Notes: generated by a model from the letters alone, not told the origin. A stretch of DNA of 64,000 bases from Pseudomonadota bacterium (GCA_039111155.1 JBCCPL010000009.1:1-64000); one strand, 5' to 3'; counted from the first letter of the stretch, positions 40,981-51,858 are shown. Translations and numbers: made by a program.

Positions 40981-42291
40981 ATGAAACGTCAACTGCATCG
41001 GGGCGCCCTGCTTCATCTCATCGCCGATCCAGGTCAATGCGAAGAACCTGGCAAGGCAAGCTGCTATGAGTACTTCCCGGACGGCGAACTGTTAGTAGAG
41101 GACGGGCACATAGTGGCAACAGGTGCCCTAGGGGCGTTGATCAATGGGCGCGACACGCAAACAGAAGTCATCGAACATCCGCACTCCTTGCTGCTGCCAG
41201 GTTTCATCGACACGCACGTTCATTACCCCCAGCTTGATGTCATCGCCTCCTACGGCTCTCAACTACTCGAATGGCTCGAACGTTATGTGTTTCCGGAGGA
41301 GGCAAAGTTCGGTGATCCAACCTACGCAGAGGCTGTCGCCAAACGGTTCCTCACCGAGTTGCTGGCGAACGGGACCACGACTGCCCTTGTTTATGGAACC
41401 GTCCACCCAGAATCCGTTGATGCATTCTTCACCGAGTGCGAAGCACTTAACTTGCGCATGATCGCAGGCAAAGTCCTGATGGATAGAAACGCACCGGACA
41501 CGCTCCGCGACGATCCCGAAAGAGCGTATGCGCAAAGCAAGGAACTGATCGAACGCTGGCATGGGCGCGGGCGTCTGGCCTACGCCGTTACGCCGCGCTT
41601 CGCATGTACCTCTTCCCCCGAACAGTTGGAAGCCGCAGCGCGCCTGCTCGCTGAGTACCCGGATGTCTACATGCAGACGCACCTGTCCGAGAACCACGAC
41701 GAGATACGTTGGGTAAGCGAACTGTATCCCGAGAGCCTGAACTACTTTGATGTGTACGATTCGGCGGGCCTGGCGCGCAAACGCAGCGTCTTCGCGCACT
41801 GTATTCACTTGCAGGACGCTGAGTGGAATCGCCTGGCCGAGACCCAGTCCAGCATCGCCTTCTGCCCGAGCTCAAACCTCTTCCTTGGGTCTGGTCTGTT
41901 TGCCTTGAACACGGCAAGAGATCATCACATACCCGTCGGTCTTGGATCAGATGTCGGCGCCGGGACAAGCTTGTCCTGCTTCCACACAATGGATGCGGCG
42001 TACAAAACGCAGCAACTGCAAAATGTATCGCTCGACCCGCTGGAAAACCTCTACCTGGCCACCCTGGGGGCCGCCGCATCGCTGGATCTGCATGACAAGA
42101 TCGGTAACTTCTCCGCCGGTAAAGAGGCCGACTTCGTCGTGCTCGATCTGAACGCGACGCCACAAATTGCAGAACGACTGAAGAGAACGCAAACGATCAG
42201 TGAGACTCTGTTCGCCCTGATTACGCTGGGGGATGATCGAGTCGTCGGCGAAACCTGGTCTTTTGGGAAGCGCTGTTACGTCCGTCGATAG
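40981..42291 (+). CDS. guaD: guanine deaminase (amidohydrolase superfamily)
   Basis: 'LLPGFIDTHVHYPQ' metal-binding HxH and 'HLSEN' / 'GLGSDVGAG' motifs of guanine deaminase; 436 aa. Confidence 0.8.
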   Translation: MKRQLHRGALLHLIADPGQCEEPGKASCYEYFPDGELLVEDGHIVATGALGALINGRDTQTEVIEHPHSLLLPGFIDTHVHYPQLDVIASYGSQLLEWLERYVFPEEAKFGDPTYAEAVAKRFLTELLANGTTTALVYGTVHPESVDAFFTECEALNLRMIAGKVLMDRNAPDTLRDDPERAYAQSKELIERWHGRGRLAYAVTPRFACTSSPEQLEAAARLLAEYPDVYMQTHLSENHDEIRWVSELYPESLNYFDVYDSAGLARKRSVFAHCIHLQDAEWNRLAETQSSIAFCPSSNLFLGSGLFALNTARDHHIPVGLGSDVGAGTSLSCFHTMDAAYKTQQLQNVSLDPLENLYLATLGAAASLDLHDKIGNFSAGKEADFVVLDLNATPQIAERLKRTQTISETLFALITLGDDRVVGETWSFGKRCYVRR

Positions 42292-42578
42292 CGTCGTGCT
42301 GTCAAACAGCAACCGAGCAATAAGCGCCACAACTCTAAAGGGCAAGGTGACCATCATTGCTGCTAGCGATCTCGGGAACTCTCTGGTCCTACATCGGTTC
42401 AAAGAGTGTAACGAACCTTTTTTGGGTCGTACCAGAGCCCAACCATGAACTGCGAGATGGCACAACGGGTTCAATAAACATGCTCCGTTCAGACTTGTGA
42501 GTCAGCGGGCTCCAGCGGGTCAGAGAGAAAAATTTCGTCTACTATTCGTTCGAGGTAATCGCAGATCGGTATTCGAAC

Positions 42579-43109
42579 TTGGCTGGGATTCAAATCAACA
42601 AACGCGCAGATGTCACCCCCAGGCCAATCGCCGGATTGGCTCGATTACTTACGTCGTTTTTGCTCCTGATTCTTAGCGCGAGCGAGCTCTCCGCCAGAGA
42701 AATCTCGAGTTACGCTTTTATCAATCCGGACGGCAGTCTGCGCATTGATCGACGCACGGTACACCTCTACGGCGTGCACATTCCCGCCACAAACCGCACG
42801 TGCGCAAACAACCGGCGACCCCCGGTGTGCGGTAGCCGAGCCTCGGTCGCGTTGGAGCTCAAGAACAGCGGATTTGTACGCTGTGAAATTCTGCAGCAGC
42901 GACAGGACCGATCACTCACCGGCCGATGTCGTGTCAACGCTTCTCGGTTCGATCAAGGTGAAGACCTTAGCGCCTATTTGCTCCAACTCGGCTGGGCTGT
43001 CGCACTTCCCGATGCACCTATCGAGTACCAGACCCTCGAAAAAATCGCGCGCACCCGTGGCGTAGGTGTCTGGGGATTTCCGGTAGACCGGATCGCTCCT
43101 GTCCGGTAG
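42579..43109 (+). CDS. SNase-like (thermonuclease-fold) secreted protein, possibly catalytically degenerate
   Basis: Signal-like N-terminus. 'LYGVHIPAT...C...' and 'DRSLTGRCRVNASRFDQGEDLSAYLLQLGWAVAL' parallel the staphylococcal-nuclease 'LYGIDAPE...DRYGR.VA.C...G.DL...LV..GWA' layout, but the DAPE catalytic motif is replaced by HIPAT. Confidence 0.4.
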   Translation: MAGIQINKRADVTPRPIAGLARLLTSFLLLILSASELSAREISSYAFINPDGSLRIDRRTVHLYGVHIPATNRTCANNRRPPVCGSRASVALELKNSGFVRCEILQQRQDRSLTGRCRVNASRFDQGEDLSAYLLQLGWAVALPDAPIEYQTLEKIARTRGVGVWGFPVDRIAPVR

Positions 43110-43346
43110 CGCAGTTACTCGCTTCTCGCCCTTGATCCCGGAGAAGGTGTATAACCTTCTACGAGAACCGTCAGTAAACGCAGTAGATTCGTCCGCAACA
43201 CGCACCTCAATAGCTTAAAAGGCCGTAGTGCAATGGCAGCAATAATTCAGCCTGTGCGAGTGTTATGCTCTTCAGCCAGTGGCTGGTAGTGCGATGGTCT
43301 CGCACACCGAATACAACTCACCCCTAAGTGAAGACCCGGTAAAGGT

Positions 43347-44390
43347 ATGAATAGACCCATTCGCGCTGCCCTCTCGTGTTTGTGCCTCGCGGTACCAATC
43401 CTGGCGGGCTGCAAGATCCAGGTAAGCAGCAGCACCGGAGGGTCCGTGCGAACCCTGTCCGGAAGCCTGACCTGCGCTCCCGGCGCGGCCTGCCCCGAAG
43501 TCGATGTTTCGACCACAACCTTTGATGAGACTTTCGTCGCCGAGCCTGATGACGGCTTCGTCTTTGATGGCTGGAGACGACGTGATCGAGGTCTCTGTGG
43601 CGGGAGCAGTGATCCATGCAGGCTGTTTACCAGTGGATTTGCGGGGAACGATATTCTGCTGGCGTTCCTCGCAAGTGATGACGTGTTCTTTCTCGAAGCT
43701 GTGTTCGAGCCGGAAAGCGATCCAGGCAGCGGGACCGGCAGCGGATCTGACTGCTGGAACTCGGCGCTTCAGGCCGAAGGCACGACTATTCTGACGACTC
43801 GTCGCAGCACCGGCATCGGACCGAGCATCGACACAGATTTTGAGCAGACCATCGCCGGCAGTGGGCCTTTTAATGGTCGAACGGGACGCCTGGTGACCAC
43901 TCTTTCATCTGCGATGGCGGGTGGAATGCTCGTAAGTGGTACCTCGCGCTCCTACTTTCAGGACGTGTCCGACGCCCGCATTCTGAATCTGGGAACCGAG
44001 ACCGAAATTGATTCACCGGATCCATCGATTGGATCGACGACAGCAGTCGATCAGTATGAACCGCCCCGGCTCGAACGACGCGATTTAAGCGCGGGCGAAA
44101 GCTACACGCAGGAGTTTGAAGAGACACAGTCCACGACGATTGATGGCGAGACCACAACGTTCATTCGAAACATCGCAAGAACAGTGACCTTTGACGGCAT
44201 TGAATCCATCACCGTTCCCGCTGGAACGTTTGACGCCTGCCGCTTCACCGAGGTCGAAGTCAGCGCCGGTGAAACATCGACACTTCAACTTTGGTACGGC
44301 GTTGGAAACGGTCTGATTCTTCGAGTTCAGGAGGATGGCGATACGGGATCCGTTCTGGTCTCAGGTTCGATCAATGGGATGGATATCTAG
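43347..44390 (+). CDS. hypothetical lipoprotein (347 aa)
   Basis: Lipobox 'PILAGC' after a signal peptide; Ser/Thr/Gly/Asp-rich beta-type composition; no motif recognised. Confidence 0.5.
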   Translation: MNRPIRAALSCLCLAVPILAGCKIQVSSSTGGSVRTLSGSLTCAPGAACPEVDVSTTTFDETFVAEPDDGFVFDGWRRRDRGLCGGSSDPCRLFTSGFAGNDILLAFLASDDVFFLEAVFEPESDPGSGTGSGSDCWNSALQAEGTTILTTRRSTGIGPSIDTDFEQTIAGSGPFNGRTGRLVTTLSSAMAGGMLVSGTSRSYFQDVSDARILNLGTETEIDSPDPSIGSTTAVDQYEPPRLERRDLSAGESYTQEFEETQSTTIDGETTTFIRNIARTVTFDGIESITVPAGTFDACRFTEVEVSAGETSTLQLWYGVGNGLILRVQEDGDTGSVLVSGSINGMDI

Positions 44391-44474
44391 GGGACACTCA
44401 CCATCGCTAAACAACCTGGATCGTGGGGCGCGCCACGTAAATCTGCTTTCCTGCTAGTTCTACTTACTCTCACG

Positions 44475-46157
44475 ATGGCCTTCCTCGTCGGCCAGGCGTC
44501 CGAGCGCCAGTGGCGTGAGCGTAAGACAATTCACGCGGTCGAGGTCTCCCTGGACGGAGTCCTGTCTTATTTTGTTCAAGGTGAACGAGTCACTATCGAT
44601 AACGTCGTGCCCTACTCCCAATCGGAGCTGCGCCAGGCGTCTCTTGATGACCTCGACGGTCCGCCTTCGATAGACGCCCAGTGGGTCTATGAGGTGAGCC
44701 CGGATGGCCAGAAGATCTACTCGCTGCTGACCCCGGTTTCGCATCACGGTATTTGGTCGCTCCTACCGGCGCTTATTGCCGTAGCCCTCTGCCTCATCAC
44801 GAGAGAACCCCTTACCGCTCTGCTTACCGGGGTTCTTTCCGGCGCATTGATTCTGGGGCGACTGGACATCACCGATGCGGTCCTCATACCCAACTTGAGA
44901 ACCGAGAGCGCCGCCACGGTTCTGCTGCTTTATCTCTGGTTGCTCGGGGGACTTCTGGGCATCTGGTCGCGAACAGGAGCCGCACAAGCCTTTGCAACGT
45001 TCATGACCCAACACTTTGTACGAGGTCCGCGATCCGCCAAACTCGTTGCCTGGTTGCTGGGCGTACTCTTCTTTCAGGGCGGCACCATGAGCACCGTGCT
45101 GGTGGGTTCGACCGTGAAACCCCTGGCGGATGAACACCGGGTGAGTCATGAAGAACTTGCCTACATTGTCGACTCAACAGCCTCACCTATTGCGTCGGTC
45201 ATCGCTTTCAATGCCTGGCCAGCCTATGTACAGGCGCTGATTTACGTACCAGGGGCCGCTTTTTTAGCAACCGAAGCCGATCGAATCGCATTCTTCTTCT
45301 CGAGTGTCCCGTTCAGCTTTTACGGGATTTTTGCGGTCTGCGGCACGTTGTTGCTGAGCCTGGGGTTCACGCGTTTATCTGGACCAGGCATTCGTGCCGC
45401 GGCCAGCCGTGCGCGAGCCACCGGTCAGCTGGACGCACCCGATGCCAAACCGCTCCGTGCTAAAGAGCTGCAGGAGACACACATACCCGCCGGTTACCAA
45501 CCGCATGTTCTGGAGTTTGTAGTCCCCCTCACTGTGCTCATCAGCATTGCCGTAGGCACTTTCGTGGTGCTGGGCGTTCCGAAAGTGAACTGGGCGTTCG
45601 CAGCCGCGCTGATGATCGCGGCGCTGAGTGCCCTCGCTCGCGGTATGAGCCTTGAGAACGTCGTTGAAGGTTTCGGAGATGGACTGAAAGGTGTCGTACT
45701 GGCCTCGGTGATCCTGATGCTGGCGGTCACCGTGGGCGCGATCAGCAAGGAGGTAGGTGCGGGTCAGTACATGGTAGATCTGCTGGGGAATCGGATCGCG
45801 TTTTGGGCGTTGCCCGTTGCTCTGCAGGCCTTGACAGTCGTAACCGCGTTCTCGACCGGCTCAAGTTGGGGCACCTATGCGATTACCTTTCCACTTGCCA
45901 TGCCCCTCGCATGGATCGTCGCCCAGCAGCCGGAAGTCGCAAACGCTGAACTCTACATGATGGTGTGCTTTGCCGCTGTGCTGAACGGTAGCGTTTACGG
46001 TGATCAGTGCTCCCCAATCTCCGACACCACGATTCTCAGCTCCATGTCGACGGGGTGCGACCTGATGGACCATGTGACTACCCAGATCGTACCGGCGACC
46101 TTTGCGGCGGTCATGGCGGGAGTTTTATGGACGGCGATCGTCCTGCTTTTCGCATAG
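44475..46157 (+). CDS. Na+/H+ antiporter NhaC-family transporter
   Basis: Polytopic protein with NhaC-like helices ('[12 protein letters not shown]', '[23 protein letters not shown]'). The first ~75 aa are soluble, so the true start may be downstream. Confidence 0.75.
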   Translation: MAFLVGQASERQWRERKTIHAVEVSLDGVLSYFVQGERVTIDNVVPYSQSELRQASLDDLDGPPSIDAQWVYEVSPDGQKIYSLLTPVSHHGIWSLLPALIAVALCLITREPLTALLTGVLSGALILGRLDITDAVLIPNLRTESAATVLLLYLWLLGGLLGIWSRTGAAQAFATFMTQHFVRGPRSAKLVAWLLGVLFFQGGTMSTVLVGSTVKPLADEHRVSHEELAYIVDSTASPIASVIAFNAWPAYVQALIYVPGAAFLATEADRIAFFFSSVPFSFYGIFAVCGTLLLSLGFTRLSGPGIRAAASRARATGQLDAPDAKPLRAKELQETHIPAGYQPHVLEFVVPLTVLISIAVGTFVVLGVPKVNWAFAAALMIAALSALARGMSLENVVEGFGDGLKGVVLASVILMLAVTVGAISKEVGAGQYMVDLLGNRIAFWALPVALQALTVVTAFSTGSSWGTYAITFPLAMPLAWIVAQQPEVANAELYMMVCFAAVLNGSVYGDQCSPISDTTILSSMSTGCDLMDHVTTQIVPATFAAVMAGVLWTAIVLLFA

Positions 46158-46322
46158 AGCCAACTAGACAGCGCGCTTTCCAGCCCGTGCTTCCCGTCTG
46201 CAGGCGCTAATCCCGCCCAACCAGAGTCGCCGTATAACAACCAATTAACCTTCGCGCCGGCCAGCTTGCTAAGTAGGCCGTGCTCGTCTCGATTTTCACA
46301 GCCAACAGCCCGAATCCGCCTA

Positions 46323-49300
46323 ATGCGCTTTCTGTTCAAACTGGTCTTCTCCTTTCTGGTGGTCGTCGTAGCACTGGGATGTGCTGCGGTTGGTGTTGTC
46401 TGGCTTAAGCAGGATGAGATCGTGCAGGAACTGATCACCGCTGCGAACGCGGATTTTCAGGGCAGGATCACCCTTGAGGGATCGCGGCTCTCACCCTTTG
46501 GAGACCTGCCCTACTTCTCCGTCGATCTTCAGGGCCTGCGCATCTTTGAGCAGAAACAAGCCGAAGCATCTCCAGTGCTGGAGGTACCGGATCTGTATGT
46601 TGGCCTTGATGTGTTCACGGTTCTGAACGGTGACTTCGAGATCAAATCAGTGAGAGTGGCTTCCGGATACGTTGATCTTGTCCAGTACCCCGATGGGTCG
46701 CTTAACCTGCTCAACGCGCTTGCCCCATTCGACGGCGTGGAAGCACCGGAGGAAGACCTCCACCTGAAGCTCCAGCGCGTGGCGATCGAGTCGCTGACGG
46801 TGAACAAGCACGATGTAGACAGTGATTTTTCAGTCTCGACGGTTGTCGAGTGGGCAGAAACAAGTTTTCTGAGCGACGCCCAGTATCTGAACCTCGAACT
46901 ATCAGGTCTACTGGAAGTCACTGTGCTCGATCAAGACCGCGCCAGTTTCTTTCACGACAAGCATATTGAGCTCAGTACCGGTGTTCAATTGGACAGAGTG
47001 TCTCGGCTTGCCTCCGTGCGATCTTCCACTCTCAAGCTTGAAGACGCGCTGTTTAACGTACAAGGCACGATTGATCTTAAGAACGACGCCAACCTCGATC
47101 TCAGGATCGAGGGACGCAAAGACAACTTTGACTTACTGCTTGCCTTTGCGCCACCGGAACTGGAGCCGGCGCTTGATCGCTACAGTAATGCCGGTGAGAT
47201 CTATTTCGACGCGACGCTGACCGGGCAGTCTGCGAACGGCCACTCGCCGGCGATCAGCGCCAATTTTGGGTGTAAAGATGGCTACTTCAACAACGATCTA
47301 AACGACACTCGTCTGGAAGATATGCGGTTCCGAGGACACTTCTTTTCCGAAAAGGATCGCGGTCTCGACGCAATGGAATTTGCCATCGACAGCTTCGGTA
47401 TCCGTCCCGAGGCTGGCGTGTTCACAGGTGAACTCACGGTAAAGAACTTCGATTCACCCGACATCGATCTGCGGTTGGATAGTGACTTTGATCTCGATTT
47501 TCTTGCGAGCTTTTTGAACGTTGAGAATCTTGAGGATCTCCGTGGACATGTCGCGCTACAGATGAACTTTCACGACATCGTCGATCTCGCGAACCCAGAA
47601 ACCAGTATCGCGAGACTAAACGAGTCCTACTACACCGAACTGACAATCACGGACTTGGGGTTCAAATCCCCCGACTTTCATCTGCCCATTGACGACATTG
47701 ACCTGGACATGAGTGTGAATGGTCATCGCGCAGAAATTGAGAAGCTCAGTTTTCGCATAGGCTCCAGTGACATAACACTCGCAGGCTCCTTCGATGATCT
47801 TCCGGCCGTCCTGCACCACACCGACATACCCGTTACCGCAAAACTGGCTCTGCATTCCGATCGTTTTGACCTTTACGAACTCACCAACAGCGAATCCATA
47901 AACGGTGACCCCGTGAACGAAGTTCTCTCTGATCTCGAAGCCACGCTTGTGCTCAATACCTCGGCTAAAGCCCTGACCGAGTCCACGTATCTTCCCGTGG
48001 GCGACTTTCTCATCGAACGACTTAACGTAACGCTGCAAAACTACCCGCATCGATTGCATGACTTTTCTGCAGAGGTTGCTATCAGCGAGAAAGACCTTCC
48101 CAAGATCGTGTTTAACGGGTTTGTCGATGACAGCGATTTTCGGATAGCAGCATCGCTCAGGCATTACGATCTTTGGTTTGCAGAAGAACCGCAGGGTGAT
48201 ACCGATCTCGCCTTCAATCTCTCATCCAACCGGCTGCGGCTTGAGGATTTATTCAGCTACGACGGTGAAAACTACGTACCACCCGATTACCGTCAGGAGG
48301 TGCTCGATGACCTGACGATCAATGGTCAGGCCTATTTGCACTTTGTGGATCAGCTGCACTCTGCAGATATCAGCATCGAGAACTTTGCGACGTCGCTCCA
48401 ATCGCACGAGATGCGCCTTGATAAAGTCAGTGGCCGCGTGCATCTGGAAGACGGCACGGTGGACGTACAGAATCTTATAGCCAGCGTTGGCGATAGCGAT
48501 GTGACGCTCAACCTGAGTTACGACATGCGTGGGCGCAACACCACAGAACATACGAACGTGTTGAACTTCAGTTCCACCCAGTTGAACTTCGATCAGCTGT
48601 TTTCCTGGAAGCCGCCAGAAAGTATCGAACCCATCGATCACGACAGCGTGTTTTCGATCTTCGATGTCCCGTTTCCAGATATGACGTACGACGTTGAGAT
48701 TGCGCGCTTGAATTACCACAGCGTAGAAGTCCGCGATTTCAAGGCTGACCTTCGCTCCAGTCGTGAACAGAAGCTATTTGTCGACGCATTGCATCTGCAA
48801 CTCGCGGACGGAACGATCGATCTGGACGGCTACTTCAGTGCCGCCGATCGTACCCAGATCTACCTCACTCCGACCATGAGGTTCAGCGGGCTGGATCTGG
48901 ATAAGCTCCTGTTGAAGTTCGACAACTTCGGGCAGGATGAACTCGTTGCAGAAAACCTGCATGGCCGCATCAGCGGGGAACTGACGGGCAACGTACATCT
49001 ACACGCCGACCTTACGCCAATGATTGATGACAGCGAACTGCACCTGGATGTAGAGATCCTCGATGGGCGGCTCGATGATTACGAACCCCTGACGGCGCTG
49101 ACAGATTACTTTAAAGAGGCCGATCTGCGCCGCGTCGCGTTTGACACGCTCTCGAACCAATTCGATGTCAAAAACGGCGAGGTTGTTGTTCCCAATATGC
49201 GCATCAATTCGTCCCTCGGTTTTTTCGAAGTCAGTGGTAAGCAGGACATCGATCTAAACCTCGACTACCTAGTCCGGGTACCCTGGCGATTCGTGATCAA

Positions 49301-49505
49301 GGCCGGTAAACAAAAGCTGTTTGGCTGGTTCACCCGACAAAGCGATGATGCTGAGAATGCATCAGGGAGCGAGATCATCCGAGCGGAAGAAGGCGAGCGC
49401 GTCAAATTTGTAAACGTGCGACTTACGGGTAATCCGGATGATTACAGCGTTGATCTGATTAGTGGAAGGAAAGCTGAGGAACTTCGTTCTGCTCGATCGG
49501 GTTAG
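46323..49505 (+). CDS. AsmA-family large envelope protein
   Basis: N-terminal TM anchor (FLVVVVALGCAAVGVVWL) followed by ~1000 aa of beta-rich repetitive sequence (many 'D..L..L.L' segments), typical of AsmA/TamB/YhdP-like proteins. Confidence 0.65.
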   Translation: MRFLFKLVFSFLVVVVALGCAAVGVVWLKQDEIVQELITAANADFQGRITLEGSRLSPFGDLPYFSVDLQGLRIFEQKQAEASPVLEVPDLYVGLDVFTVLNGDFEIKSVRVASGYVDLVQYPDGSLNLLNALAPFDGVEAPEEDLHLKLQRVAIESLTVNKHDVDSDFSVSTVVEWAETSFLSDAQYLNLELSGLLEVTVLDQDRASFFHDKHIELSTGVQLDRVSRLASVRSSTLKLEDALFNVQGTIDLKNDANLDLRIEGRKDNFDLLLAFAPPELEPALDRYSNAGEIYFDATLTGQSANGHSPAISANFGCKDGYFNNDLNDTRLEDMRFRGHFFSEKDRGLDAMEFAIDSFGIRPEAGVFTGELTVKNFDSPDIDLRLDSDFDLDFLASFLNVENLEDLRGHVALQMNFHDIVDLANPETSIARLNESYYTELTITDLGFKSPDFHLPIDDIDLDMSVNGHRAEIEKLSFRIGSSDITLAGSFDDLPAVLHHTDIPVTAKLALHSDRFDLYELTNSESINGDPVNEVLSDLEATLVLNTSAKALTESTYLPVGDFLIERLNVTLQNYPHRLHDFSAEVAISEKDLPKIVFNGFVDDSDFRIAASLRHYDLWFAEEPQGDTDLAFNLSSNRLRLEDLFSYDGENYVPPDYRQEVLDDLTINGQAYLHFVDQLHSADISIENFATSLQSHEMRLDKVSGRVHLEDGTVDVQNLIASVGDSDVTLNLSYDMRGRNTTEHTNVLNFSSTQLNFDQLFSWKPPESIEPIDHDSVFSIFDVPFPDMTYDVEIARLNYHSVEVRDFKADLRSSREQKLFVDALHLQLADGTIDLDGYFSAADRTQIYLTPTMRFSGLDLDKLLLKFDNFGQDELVAENLHGRISGELTGNVHLHADLTPMIDDSELHLDVEILDGRLDDYEPLTALTDYFKEADLRRVAFDTLSNQFDVKNGEVVVPNMRINSSLGFFEVSGKQDIDLNLDYLVRVPWRFVIKAGKQKLFGWFTRQSDDAENASGSEIIRAEEGERVKFVNVRLTGNPDDYSVDLISGRKAEELRSARSG

Positions 49506-49900
49506 CTGATCTGTTGCCTATTTTGGTGGAGCAAATATTGAAAACAAACTCTCACATTTGCCTCATTTAACTCGTAGCGAATGGATCGCGAGTTACCTGC
49601 CTTAGAAGCTTTTTGACTGATTAGTTCAGAGGTAATAGCTTACGATAAGTCATATCGTAAGTAAGTTATTGGAGGTCGGGTTTGTCGCTCAAATCAACAA
49701 AAGACCACATGGAAATGTTGGCCAGACCCACTAATGGAAATCATCCAGAGCTCGTACAGCGGCTCCCTAACGACATCAGGCGCCACTCGGAGCAGTTGAT
49801 TGCCGCGTGAATGAGCTGCTTTTTCGCACATAGGTGTGCTCATATAAGTCTTTTAATCCAGAGTTTTTTCGCTAGGCTTTCTTGTGCCAACACATGAAAG

Positions 49901-50284
49901 GTGCCGGGGTTTTCGCAAATGAAGTATTTCGTACTCATGCTTGTTTTGTGCACGCTCAGCTCAGTTTTAAACGCGCAGATGCCTCCGCCGCGGCCTATGC
50001 CCCCTCCACGAGGTGTTTTGTACAGTGGGGAGGCAATCAAAACCCTGCCTCCGGGGTTCACCACAATCCGCTTCAACAGCACACCTTACTACTTCGTCAA
50101 CGGCACTTTTTACACCGAAGTTGGTAATGAATTTGTTATCACCCCGGCACCGCTGGGTTTGCGGGTGGACCGATTGCCCGCTGGCGCCATAGCTGTCGCA
50201 GGGACTCGCAACAAACAGTTTGAGTACGGTGGTGTTCGCTATAAAAAATTCGGTAGACGATGGGAAGTTGTTGCCAGCGAGTAA
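49901..50284 (+). CDS. small secreted protein with Pro-rich segment (127 aa)
   Basis: Signal peptide 'MKYFVLMLVLCTLSSVLNA' then 'QMPPPRPMPPPRG'. The 3' end overlaps the IS3 OrfA remnant on the opposite strand. Confidence 0.4.
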   Translation: MPGFSQMKYFVLMLVLCTLSSVLNAQMPPPRPMPPPRGVLYSGEAIKTLPPGFTTIRFNSTPYYFVNGTFYTEVGNEFVITPAPLGLRVDRLPAGAIAVAGTRNKQFEYGGVRYKKFGRRWEVVASE

Positions 50285-50526
50285 GGGGGCAAAATACGCC
50301 GAAGTGCTTTGAGTTCTTCGATCTCGGAACTGGTCCGGCCAGGAATCTGGCCACCTTTAATTCCAGCTCGCTGAACCCACTTGCGCGGCATCTCGGGCGT
50401 AGAGCCAATCTTCGCAGCAATTGACTGCAGTGCCGCCCATCGCGACGAATACGATGGCTCTTGATCCAAGAGCATCCGTACAGCGCGCTCTCTGACTTCG
50501 GGGGAGTATCGTGTCGGTTTTGTCAT
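50239..50526 (-). pseudogene. truncated IS3-family transposase OrfA (N-terminal HTH fragment)
   Basis: 'MTKPTRYSPEVRERAVRMLLDQEPSYSSRWAALQSIAAKIGSTPEMPRKWVQRA' is near-identical in pattern to IS3-group OrfA N-termini; ORF collapses after ~80 aa. Confidence 0.6.
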
Positions 50527-50905
50527 CGGAGAACCCTCTCAACATAATAGGTCTACGGTAAACCCAAGGCGGTTCAGTCGGGCGAAATAGCTCATTTCGC
50601 CTTGTATTCGAGGCTTTTGCAGCGGCTGCCTGGATTGCATGTTATCTCGGTCAGTGACTGCACAAGCAGAAATCCACACTCTGCCTTCCTGGGGACTTTG
50701 ATTCGCTCTCAGTACCAGCAGACAATGGCCAGGGAAGTGGACAAACTTTCAATTTGAAACAGAAGGCTTCTATTGATTCAAGAAACTACGTGCGCTTCAC
50801 ACTGATGAGCGCAGCGCCATACTTGGGCTTTCCTGATATTTGCAAACTAAGCGAATCTGCTGCTTCCGCGTCCTTAAGTGGCTAGACTAGCTCTGTTGTT
50901 GTCTG

Positions 50906-51667
50906 ATGAGTGAGATGAAGCACGAAATGCAAGTGAAGCAAGCCAGATACGCCCTCCTAGCGTCGCTTTTGTGTTCGGTCTTTGGATTTTCTTCGACTGT
51001 CTCGGCTGGACCGATAGTGTTGGATTTCGAGGGTTTGGGAGTACTACAAACGAACTCATTTGGCACAGGATTCATCGAAGGCGTTGGCGACTTTTACAAT
51101 GGAGGAACTGGTACTCAAGGTAGTGGCCCAGGTACCGATTTTGGCATTTCGTTTTCCAGCAATGCTCTCGCGATTATCGATGCAGATGCTGTTGGCTTAC
51201 CGTTTGTATCTGGGAACTTCGGAGGCGAGCCAACGCCCGATACCGCACTCTTCTTTCTGACAGGAACCGCGGCCACAGTAACCTCCAGTGCTGGGTTTAC
51301 AGATGGTTTTTCATTTTTCTACAGTTCGATAGATTTCACTGGTTCGATCGATGTTTATTCCGGGCCTGACGCAACAGGCTCAGTACTAGCTAGCCTTGTA
51401 CTACCACCCACACCTACCAATGGAGCGCCAGATCCGACTGGTGAATTTAGCCCCTTTCTACCTATCGGCGTAGAATTTTCTGGCATTGCTCAATCCATCG
51501 ATTTCGGTGGAACCATCAATCAGATAGCTTTTGATAACATCACCTTCGGGTCTTCTACGCCGCTAGTTCTTGATGATATGAGCTCGACATCGGTGCCGGT
51601 TCCGCCATCCGTAGTTTTGCTGACCGTAGCGCTCGTTGGTGTTTTCGGTGTCAGACTCCAGAGATAG
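50906..51667 (+). CDS. secreted protein with PEP-CTERM-like C-terminal sorting signal
   Basis: N-terminal signal peptide, Gly/Thr/Ser/Phe-rich body. C-terminus is 'VPVPPSVVLLTVALVGVFGVRLQR' (Pro-rich motif, hydrophobic helix, basic tail), the PEP-CTERM/exosortase-substrate architecture. Confidence 0.5.
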   Translation: MSEMKHEMQVKQARYALLASLLCSVFGFSSTVSAGPIVLDFEGLGVLQTNSFGTGFIEGVGDFYNGGTGTQGSGPGTDFGISFSSNALAIIDADAVGLPFVSGNFGGEPTPDTALFFLTGTAATVTSSAGFTDGFSFFYSSIDFTGSIDVYSGPDATGSVLASLVLPPTPTNGAPDPTGEFSPFLPIGVEFSGIAQSIDFGGTINQIAFDNITFGSSTPLVLDDMSSTSVPVPPSVVLLTVALVGVFGVRLQR

Positions 51668-51858
51668 ACGAAAGTCGCCAAACTCAACAGGGTCTGCCGA
51701 ACCAACTTTTACTCGGGAATCAGACAATCTCAGCGTACCGCTGCTCGAACCGAGAGCTTGGTGAAAAACGTCGCAAGAGATTGGTCAAGTTCGCCCAGTC
51801 CGCTGAAAAAATACAGTATTGAATCGCTCAGGGATTTCAGGAGGCCTTTTGGTGTAAG

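Noticed and set aside
41588-42474. 191-aa and 175-aa minus-strand ORFs inside or after guaD
   Set aside because: Antisense to the guanine deaminase ORF; no motifs, Arg/Ser-rich.
44475-44700. About 75-aa soluble N-terminal extension on the NhaC-family transporter
   Set aside because: Most likely a consequence of taking the longest ORF. A downstream start nearer the first TM helix is equally plausible, so it is not reported as a novel domain.
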